NCBI GenBank assembly: GCA_048881705.1
Contig: JBHLSH010000094.1
Location: forward strand, 1-11,966
Direction of reading: 5' to 3'
From: Candidatus Heimdallarchaeota archaeon
GTDB lineage: Archaea > Asgardarchaeota > Heimdallarchaeia > Hodarchaeales > Hodarchaeaceae
DNA: 11,966 bases
Positions within the stretch are counted from its first letter, which is position 1. Each line of letters begins with the position of its first letter. Of the stretch, positions 1-6,317 are shown one piece after another. Below the pieces are notes generated by a model that saw nothing but the letters and a program-made list of their open reading frames with translations, had not been told where the DNA came from and made no database searches. The translations under genes and the position numbers were made by a program.

Positions 1-101
1 ATACCTTGGTAACTTAATTTTGCTTTATTGAACCAGAACGTTTTCAGTCTCGAATAGATTTATTAAATTCAAGGTTATGGCAGTTTAATATCAATTGAGG
101 A

Positions 102-782
102 ATGTTTGTGTCACTCGCAGGAGACGGAACCAACAAGGGAACTCGTGGAAAGATATTACAATACTTGTTGTTAAATGGATCGGGTCCTGGACCCACTGTT
201 AAACAGATAGCCAAAGCTATGGGATTGAGCTCAAATACTATCTGGAACTACCTGATTAGTCTAGAAAAAGATGGATACATACAGCGTTCTGAATTGAAAG
301 GGAAATCTGGCCGTCCAGCAATGCGATACACCCTCGTAGATAAAGGAATCGAATTATTCCCAAAGGTATACAAAGATTTCTGCATATACATTCTGGATGA
401 ACATGAAAAGCTCCATGGAAAGGACAAAACAATAGAGCTTCTCGAACGCATTGGGGAAAGAATTGCAAAAGACATAGAACTTCAACTAATGCGTCAAAGT
501 CAAAACATTGGACATCCAGATTCGTTAAAGCAGAAATTACTGAAATTTGTAAATATTTTGAAAGAATATGGGGTGTACCCCGAAATAACAGAAGAAAACT
601 CTTCTTATGACATAAAAACACACAATTGCGTCTTGTATGGGGTTATGAAGTTAAATCCATTGATATGCAAGATAGATGAGGTTTTCTATGCTCAATTGAC
701 AGATCGAAAGGTTATAAAAGACAAATGCCTCAGTAGAGGTGATAACCACTGTCTTTTTCGTGTTATGAAGGCAGAAGCCTAA
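102..782 (+). CDS. Winged-HTH transcriptional regulator, SufR-like/COG2345 (ArsR-type) family, with a C-terminal 4-Cys V4R-like sensor domain
   Basis: 226-aa ORF. HTH segment TVKQIAKAMGLSSNTIWNYLISLEKDGYI, family signature GRP..Y.L...G...FP..Y, and C-terminal HNC-X12-C-X19-C-X7-C ending RGDNHCLF. GAGG lies just upstream of the ATG. Confidence 0.85.
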   Translation: MFVSLAGDGTNKGTRGKILQYLLLNGSGPGPTVKQIAKAMGLSSNTIWNYLISLEKDGYIQRSELKGKSGRPAMRYTLVDKGIELFPKVYKDFCIYILDEHEKLHGKDKTIELLERIGERIAKDIELQLMRQSQNIGHPDSLKQKLLKFVNILKEYGVYPEITEENSSYDIKTHNCVLYGVMKLNPLICKIDEVFYAQLTDRKVIKDKCLSRGDNHCLFRVMKAEA

Positions 783-809
783 TAAGGGTTGTTTTAAAAT
801 TCGTTAAAG

Positions 810-818
810 TTTTTTTTT
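810..818 (+). terminator. Oligo-T tract, putative archaeal-type terminator of the regulator gene
   Basis: T9 run starting 28 nt after the stop codon at 782. Confidence 0.4.
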
Positions 819-933
819 GAAACTAGAGATCCTTCATCAACAAAACTGCTTTTTGGAGTTCTTTTAAGCTGGATTTAGCCGCTAAAAAGGATTTAGATGA
901 AGTTTACATTGTCTCGTTTTTCAGCTTTTTTAT

Positions 934-948
934 GGAAAAATATAAATA
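934..948 (+). promoter_or_regulatory. BRE plus TATA box of the first DOMON-like gene
   Basis: GGAAAAA-TATAAATA with the TATA starting 62 nt before the ATG at 1003. A near-identical element precedes the paralog on the minus strand. Confidence 0.55.
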
Positions 949-1002
949 ACTTGAAAAAGGTACATCGTAAACATTCTCATAAAATATCAGAGTGATGAAT
1001 CA

Positions 1003-1941
1003 ATGAAAACTAAAATAGGAAGTTCGTTACGAATTGCATCCCTAATTGCCCTGCTTTTGTTAGGTGTCATGAGTACCATTGTACTTGTACAGGCTAACGG
1101 TGAACATGAGCATGGGGCACACCTTACCCTTCGAGCAACCGAAACGGATCTCACAACTATCGCTTTGGATGGAGATTCCAGTGATTGGGCTGCAGTAGGG
1201 GGACTTTCGTTTACTATTGTACCGATTGAACGGGATGAAGTTCCAAACGATGACAGACAGCTCGATGTAAATGTTCGGGTTGCATTTGATGAAGATAATA
1301 TCGCCGTGCTTGTTGAAATACAGGATAATTATGCGTTTAACAGCTCGGACCATCATTTATCGGGCCATGTAGCCGTTATGTGGGCAATAGATGAGGAAGC
1401 TGGACCCCACATGGGAATGGATGATGCAGGTGTCAGTCAGGGAAAGGTAGATATCTGGCATTGGGAGCTGGAGACAGCCCCAGGCACCGTCGTTGGCGGC
1501 AAAGGGACTGCCACCAGTGGGGACGATCCTATAGGTAATTTTGACGATGAGTGGGCCACGAGCTCAGAAAACAGGCATGATGATGCGGCGGAAAATTCCT
1601 TGTTCGGCAATTGGAACCATACCGATATCGCTGGTTCAAGAGGCCATTATGTTTTCGAAATGAAGAGAGCCTTACAAACCACGGATGACAATGATACGCA
1701 GTTTTCTGAAAACAGCGTTTACAAAATGGGCGTAGCCTATTGGGATCCAGATGAAACCCCGACAGGATGGGAAGACGATGGTCACCTTGTATCCGCGGAA
1801 ACTGTTGGATGGCTAAATATCGAATTGGGAGAACCTACTAGTCAATCAACGCCTGGCTTTACCGTAATTGCAATGGTCATTAGTTTGACTGCGGTGGCAA
1901 TTGGAACAGGGATTTTCTGGAAAAAAGGTAGAAAGAACTAA
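1003..1941 (+). CDS. Secreted DOMON/EB_dh-like putative heme-b-binding protein with PGF-CTERM-like anchor (paralog 1)
   Basis: 312 aa. Sec-type signal peptide ending VQA; motifs LDG..SDW, HMG (M137), VDIWHW, YVFEMKRAL, AYWDP and DGH (H261) fit a DOMON-type beta-sandwich with candidate Met/His heme ligands; no CxxCH; C-terminal TPGF + hydrophobic helix + KKGRKN; several N-X-S/T sequons. Family assignment is from motif recall, not a search. Confidence 0.78.
   Translation: MKTKIGSSLRIASLIALLLLGVMSTIVLVQANGEHEHGAHLTLRATETDLTTIALDGDSSDWAAVGGLSFTIVPIERDEVPNDDRQLDVNVRVAFDEDNIAVLVEIQDNYAFNSSDHHLSGHVAVMWAIDEEAGPHMGMDDAGVSQGKVDIWHWELETAPGTVVGGKGTATSGDDPIGNFDDEWATSSENRHDDAAENSLFGNWNHTDIAGSRGHYVFEMKRALQTTDDNDTQFSENSVYKMGVAYWDPDETPTGWEDDGHLVSAETVGWLNIELGEPTSQSTPGFTVIAMVISLTAVAIGTGIFWKKGRKN
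1443..1530 (+). repeat. 88-bp exact inverted repeat, left copy (partner 4341..4428)
   Basis: Base-by-base comparison: 1443..1530 equals the reverse complement of 4341..4428 with no mismatch. It encodes KVDIWHWELETAPGTVVGGKGTATSGDDP in both paralogs. Confidence 0.97.
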
Positions 1942-1958
1942 AATTCCTATTTCCCCCC

Positions 1959-1967
1959 TTTTTTTTT
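1959..1967 (+). terminator. Oligo-T tract, putative terminator of paralog 1
   Basis: C6 followed by T9, with the T run starting 18 nt after the stop at 1941. Confidence 0.45.
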
Positions 1968-2034
1968 CTCAACAGAATCAATATTAATTTTATTTGGTTA
2001 TAGGGAGAATGGTCAATTAATTGGTTGCAGCCAC

Positions 2035-3678
2035 TTGATTTATATGTTGAAGAGAAAGTTTGGCGTGATTTTAATCCTGCTAGTGCTGTTTTTATATCCA
2101 GGACCAGCTATTTCTGGTGCTTTGGGACATCAAAAAAACACAAGTGGCATAGAGAGGGTTCATGGTGAATCGAGCAGAAGTCTAGCCTTCGAGGTCATTG
2201 ACGCTTTATTAAGGGATTTGGTTCACACGGAGGATCAGGCCAAGTGGCCCCGTATTATCGATCCTCCTCCTCGGGATTGGGATGAAGATTGGAACCAATA
2301 TTTTTACGGGTATCATTGGGGTACTGCAGGTATCGCCGATGCCCTTCTATCATTCTATTCGACTTCATTAAATGGAACATTATTAAACTACGCAGAGGAG
2401 GCCGCAAACTTCATTATCGCTGGAGCTAGAACCAACGAAGAGGGGGGAGTCTATTGGTTTACAGGAGAAGGAACGAGAAACCGCTACATTGGTAAGAAAT
2501 ACGGGAATGCTGGGATTGCTTCCTTTTTTTTGCATCTCTATCAACATACAAAGAATCAAACATACTCCGATTTCTTAAACAAAACTTTAACGACCTTATT
2601 ATCCCAAGCAAATCCTGTTCCAGGGCTTAATGGCGGAGCAAGATACTGGGGGTACGGAATGAATGATATTATAGGTGTTACTGGCTTTAATTACGGTACT
2701 GTGGGGATTGTTGGTTCCTTTTTAGAAGCAAGCCGTACTCTAAATGAGTCTAAATGGCTAGATATCGCCTTAGCAGGGGCCTATTGGCTAGAAAATATCT
2801 CAACGAGCGATGATGGGATCGTAGAGGAATCAATGGCTGTTCCCTGGTCTACTTCGGCCCCCTACAATTCTCACTATTATACGGGTCTCGGAAGTGGGAA
2901 CGCTGGTGTTGGTTCTTTTTTCTTGGATCTATATAGGAGTACAGGGAATTCAAGATGGTTGGATAATGCAAAAAAGATAGGTAATTGGATTTTAGAGAAG
3001 ACAAAAAATGATAACTGGGGAAATGGAGGGGTAGTTTATTCTACTGGAATAGATAGTACTGACATGATTACTGGAATAGATGCTGGCGCAGCCGGCGTCG
3101 GAATGTTCTTATTGGAGCTTTACAAAGAGACGATGGAATTGAAATATGCGAACGGAGCGCTTGACGCATCCGATTGGCTGTTAAGAATAGCCATCAGATC
3201 TGACGAAGGAATTAAATGGCCCAAAGCAACTACTGGAGAAGATAGTCAGGTATATATGACTGGAGTCAGTTACGGAGCAGCGGGGATCGGAGAGTTCTTT
3301 GGCCAGTTGTACCAAGTTTTCGGTTGTGAGCAGTTCAGAGAAACGTTGATTGGAGCCGCAAGCTGGCTTGAAGGGCAAAAGACAGATCATGATAGATTTC
3401 CAGTAGCAACAGGCAAAAAAAGATTGACAACATCTCTAAGCCAGTATGGTCATCACCTATCATATTACGATGGCAGTGCTGGTATAGCATTATTCTTCCT
3501 TAGAGCCGCGGACCAAATAAATGCCACTCCTTTGTTTCCTGAATCGATCAGCTGCGTAGGAATAGGTTCGGAGAGTAATTTTAGGCCAGAAGATATTATA
3601 TTATCACTTTTAGGATTGGCGGCTTTGTTTTCGTTGATTGCCATTCCAATCATAAGGACAGGACAAAAAGACAAGTAA
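2035..3678 (+). CDS. Secreted, C-terminally membrane-anchored LanC-like (lanthionine synthetase C-like) alpha/alpha-toroid protein lacking Zn ligands
   Basis: 547 aa from the TTG at 2035; the ATG at 2044 is an equally likely start. Signal peptide, then seven GxxxG-xAGI/V repeats (YHWGTAGIA, KKYGNAGIA, FNYGTVGIV, LGSGNAGVG, IDAGAAGVG, VSYGAAGIG, YYDGSAGIA), each followed by a helical hairpin of the LY..T....(W/Y)L..A type. No WCYG or CHG motif. C-terminal hydrophobic helix followed by RTGQKDK. Confidence 0.8.
   Translation: MIYMLKRKFGVILILLVLFLYPGPAISGALGHQKNTSGIERVHGESSRSLAFEVIDALLRDLVHTEDQAKWPRIIDPPPRDWDEDWNQYFYGYHWGTAGIADALLSFYSTSLNGTLLNYAEEAANFIIAGARTNEEGGVYWFTGEGTRNRYIGKKYGNAGIASFFLHLYQHTKNQTYSDFLNKTLTTLLSQANPVPGLNGGARYWGYGMNDIIGVTGFNYGTVGIVGSFLEASRTLNESKWLDIALAGAYWLENISTSDDGIVEESMAVPWSTSAPYNSHYYTGLGSGNAGVGSFFLDLYRSTGNSRWLDNAKKIGNWILEKTKNDNWGNGGVVYSTGIDSTDMITGIDAGAAGVGMFLLELYKETMELKYANGALDASDWLLRIAIRSDEGIKWPKATTGEDSQVYMTGVSYGAAGIGEFFGQLYQVFGCEQFRETLIGAASWLEGQKTDHDRFPVATGKKRLTTSLSQYGHHLSYYDGSAGIALFFLRAADQINATPLFPESISCVGIGSESNFRPEDIILSLLGLAALFSLIAIPIIRTGQKDK
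3042..3081 (+). repeat. 13-bp direct repeat TACTGGAATAGAT at 27-nt period inside the LanC-like gene
   Basis: Copies at 3042..3054 and 3069..3081; both encode TGID. Confidence 0.85.
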
Positions 3679-3823
3679 AATCCAGCCCTAACTTTAAATG
3701 ATGTCCCCTGTTGCATAGGTAACCGATGGGCCCCCAGATTTAGTATAATATCTGTTAAAGTTAAAAATTTGGAATTTATCGGGCGCTAAGGTATGCCGCT
3801 CACGTATATTGTTCTAAGAAAGG

Positions 3824-3841
3824 GGCAGCTCAAACGCTGCC
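3824..3841. terminator. Short GC-rich hairpin in the convergent intergenic region, possible terminator
   Basis: GGCAGC-tcaaac-GCTGCC (6-bp stem), followed on the minus strand by CCTTTCTT. It lies between two convergent genes. Confidence 0.25.
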
Positions 3842-3929
3842 AATTGAAATCGTGAGAGTTCACGTGGCCATGGCTAGCAGCCAAGCAAATTCTTATATGC
3901 GATTCTAAGTCATTGGCCAGAGAATGGTT

Positions 3930-4832
3930 CTATCTACGTTTTAATAACCCTTTCTTTTGGAAAACCAAAACCGTAACAACACCCAACAGTGTTAGCGCTA
4001 TCTCAAAACCAGGTGCAGAACCTGTATCACCTAAATGTACTTCAAGCCATCCAGCTGAATCGGCTGAAATCATATGGCCACTATCTTGCCAACCTGTGGG
4101 GGTTTGGTCAGGATCCCAATAGGCAAGGGCCATTATATAGATACTCCCTTCTTTCATTTGGATATCATAGTCTTCTTCAGTAGTAGTCAAAGGCCTGACC
4201 ATTTCAAAAACGTAATCACCAGAAGCGTTGATTCCATTGTGAAACCCCGTGTGGTTCCATGCGCCCATTAGTGAATTTTCAGAAGTGTCGTCGTGTCTGT
4301 TAACTGGAGATGTCGCCCATTCATCGTCAAAATTGCCTACAGGATCGTCCCCACTGGTGGCAGTCCCTTTGCCGCCAACGACGGTGCCTGGGGCTGTCTC
4401 CAGCTCCCAATGCCAGATATCTACCTTTGTTGTCGCTTGGCCTTGGTCATCCAATCCCATATGGATCCCCGTATTTCTGTCTTGAGCCCACAAGACAGCA
4501 ACATGACCCGACATATGGGGATCCGACTCGTTAAAGTCATAATCATCATGTACAGTATATAATAAGGCAATATGCGTGGAATTAAACATAATTCGAATCT
4601 CAACATCTACTGTACGGAGCAGATCTAGTGATAAAAGCGATAATGATGCCCCCGGAACCTCTATCCATTCATCGCCGCTTCCATCCAAAACGAGATCCGT
4701 TAAATCGGACTTTTGGCCCTTTATTACAATGGTATAATGCGTGGCTCTTAATGGATTCACAATGCCCTGACCAAAGACCATTATGAATAGAAATGCATAA
4801 CAAATACTCTTAATTACAGTTGATCTTTTCAA
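3930..4832 (-). CDS. Secreted DOMON/EB_dh-like putative heme-b-binding protein with PGF-CTERM-like anchor (paralog 2)
   Basis: 300 aa, TTG start, signal peptide. Aligns by eye over its full length with 1003..1941 (HMG M125, VDIWHWEL, YVFEM, AYWDP, SGH H253). C-terminal APGF + hydrophobic helix + QKKGLLKRR. Confidence 0.78.
   Translation of the reverse strand: MKRSTVIKSICYAFLFIMVFGQGIVNPLRATHYTIVIKGQKSDLTDLVLDGSGDEWIEVPGASLSLLSLDLLRTVDVEIRIMFNSTHIALLYTVHDDYDFNESDPHMSGHVAVLWAQDRNTGIHMGLDDQGQATTKVDIWHWELETAPGTVVGGKGTATSGDDPVGNFDDEWATSPVNRHDDTSENSLMGAWNHTGFHNGINASGDYVFEMVRPLTTTEEDYDIQMKEGSIYIMALAYWDPDQTPTGWQDSGHMISADSAGWLEVHLGDTGSAPGFEIALTLLGVVTVLVFQKKGLLKRR
4341..4428 (-). repeat. 88-bp exact inverted repeat, right copy (partner 1443..1530)
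   Basis: Exact reverse complement of 1443..1530. Confidence 0.97.
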
Positions 4833-4876
4833 ATAAATCCAACCCGGTTTCGATCGGCGTTCATTAAGGGGACTTT

Positions 4877-4910
4877 TTTATATTTTTTCCTGAAAAAATG
4901 GAAAAAATAT
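4877..4910 (-). promoter_or_regulatory. BRE/TATA of paralog 2 overlapped by an 11-9-11 perfect inverted repeat
   Basis: The minus strand reads GGAAAAAA-TATAAA, with the TATA starting at 4882, 50 nt before the TTG. ATATTTTTTCC (4880..4890) and GGAAAAAATAT (4900..4910) are exact reverse complements. Confidence 0.55.
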
Positions 4911-5023
4911 TCCCTTGGGTCCTCCAGGTATCGCGGATTATCTCCCAAATTCAGCTGTTGGACGTGTACATAGCAATGTTTGACCTTAAGTTTAATGCAG
5001 ATCAAGAGTTAATAAAATTAAAA

Positions 5024-6022
5024 TCAGTCTAGATTTTTATCTAGGATTTCTTTCGGAAGGTGCACCGCAAAACGACAAACGGTGTCTCCTTTAATCACAG
5101 ATTCTAGTAACTCAACCTTAATAGGATGTTGGTCAAGTACAGCCTCCCAATAGTTTTTATAGAACCCTCCACTGCAATTGCAGAATATGGGAGATATCGG
5201 TTTATCTTCTTCTAATAGGGCTTCACGAATCCAAGGATTGTGACAAAAATAGTATCGTTTCTGCCTATCCTCGTTTGATTTAAGAAACGGAGCTGTCATA
5301 TAGGGGATTTTTGTGACAGTTATTTTATTTCCAGTTCGAATCCCCGATTCTATTGTCGGGTCACTATTAACATAATTGATAACTGATGAATCGACTTCTT
5401 GAGTGAAAAACAGTGAATTCTCATGGAAATGTGATTCCAAGGTTTTCAGGAACTTCTTACGCTTTTTACGGAGGAATTCATCAATATTTTGACTCTCTTG
5501 AAACGTTTCCCGAGGTTTTTTGTATGATTCCGTATAACGGTTCCTTAATCCATTTGCAAAAAAACGACTGCTTTCTAAATCACCAAATCTTTCAAGGAAT
5601 CGCTTTACAAGGACTTTAGTAATCAAGGGTTTTTTCTTCGGATGTAATCCCAGGGGTGGAATTTCCACACCCTTAAAGATCTCATTTCGCACCTCCTCTC
5701 CGTACTCCTCGATTAATCTTTTTGAAAAGTTCTCAATCATCTCACTTCCGTCAAGTAATTCCATCGTGGCGATAATCATGTCTTTATTACCTGTGAAATA
5801 CCCATAACGAAGAAGCGATACATAATTTTCGTAAGAATTTTTACCAGATTTAATCAGATATGCCGAAAAATCGTGAAGGGCTTCATACGTGATATTATCT
5901 AGATATTCAGTTGAATTCATGATATGTTTCCGAAATTCTCTAAGGAGAGCGATTGAGTTATGGATTTTTTCTGGATCCAGGTTTTTTTCTTTCAAATAAC
6001 GCTTGAAAGCTTCGATCTGCAT
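5024..6022 (-). CDS. Hypothetical protein with a DUF6144/V4R-like Cys-containing C-terminal domain and a helical N-terminal domain resembling the integrase SAM-like (core-binding) domain
   Basis: 332 aa. C-terminal YYFCHNPW...FCNCSGG..K.YWE......VELLES...GD..CRF.V matches my recollection of the DUF6144/V4R-like pattern. The N-terminal AFKRYLKEKN...I...L..F pattern recalls recombinase N-terminal SAM-like domains. No catalytic R-H-R-Y motifs are recognisable. Confidence 0.65.
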   Translation of the reverse strand: MQIEAFKRYLKEKNLDPEKIHNSIALLREFRKHIMNSTEYLDNITYEALHDFSAYLIKSGKNSYENYVSLLRYGYFTGNKDMIIATMELLDGSEMIENFSKRLIEEYGEEVRNEIFKGVEIPPLGLHPKKKPLITKVLVKRFLERFGDLESSRFFANGLRNRYTESYKKPRETFQESQNIDEFLRKKRKKFLKTLESHFHENSLFFTQEVDSSVINYVNSDPTIESGIRTGNKITVTKIPYMTAPFLKSNEDRQKRYYFCHNPWIREALLEEDKPISPIFCNCSGGFYKNYWEAVLDQHPIKVELLESVIKGDTVCRFAVHLPKEILDKNLD

Positions 6023-6317
6023 GAAAACTCACAGATTAGCTCTCCAAAAATCCATATTAAATCATTGGATATTGGCAATTGCCCAGCATCAACAACGGAC
6101 TATCCGATATGTGTTCTGGGTACATGATAGCTGGATGATATCTTCTCTCGGATCTCCTTCCAGGGTTATCTTGATCAGAAAATCAGGATGAACGCCAGGC
6201 GAGATAGTAAAAGTCTATTAATCCTGTTATTCTAAGAATTTAGGTCTTTCATTCAGAATTGAAGCGATCGATTAGATGCCATATCGATCAATGATACCCA
6301 CCAAACGCTTCAAATGC

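Noticed and set aside
248-621. Minus-strand ORFs 248..475 and 256..621
   Set aside because: Antisense shadows of the well-supported regulator gene, with no recognisable motifs.
992-998. GTGATGA matching a C-box of C/D guide RNAs
   Set aside because: It sits at the ribosome-binding position of the 1003 gene, and no suitably placed D-box (CTGA) or terminal stem was seen.
1443-1530. Raised GC of the 88-bp tract (53/88; third-position GC 18/29), suggesting a foreign donor or GC-biased conversion
   Set aside because: Adjacent paralog-1 codons have third-position GC of 18/40 upstream and 16/30 downstream, so the difference is too small to support a claim.
2035-3678. Lanthipeptide biosynthetic cluster
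   Set aside because: No LanB/LanM/kinase-lyase dehydratase, no Ser/Thr/Cys-rich precursor and no transporter; the LanC-like protein lacks Zn ligands and is exported.
1443-4428. Diversity-generating retroelement template/variable repeat pair
   Set aside because: No reverse transcriptase in the window, the two copies are identical rather than differing at adenines, and both lie mid-gene.
3913-4606. Overlapping short ORFs across paralog 2, plus 1060..1356, 3181..3390 and 3465..3716
   Set aside because: Alternative-frame or antisense shadows of supported genes.
5024-6022. Site-specific invertase for the 88-bp repeat
   Set aside because: Neither a tyrosine recombinase catalytic set (R-K-H-R-H/W-Y) nor a serine recombinase N-terminal motif is recognisable; only a weak core-binding-like resemblance.
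6074-6083. GGCAATTGCC palindrome and other CAATTG-type palindromes (91..98, 2014..2023) upstream of genes
   Set aside because: Flanks are not shared, and 8-10 bp AT-rich palindromes are expected by chance in 12 kb.
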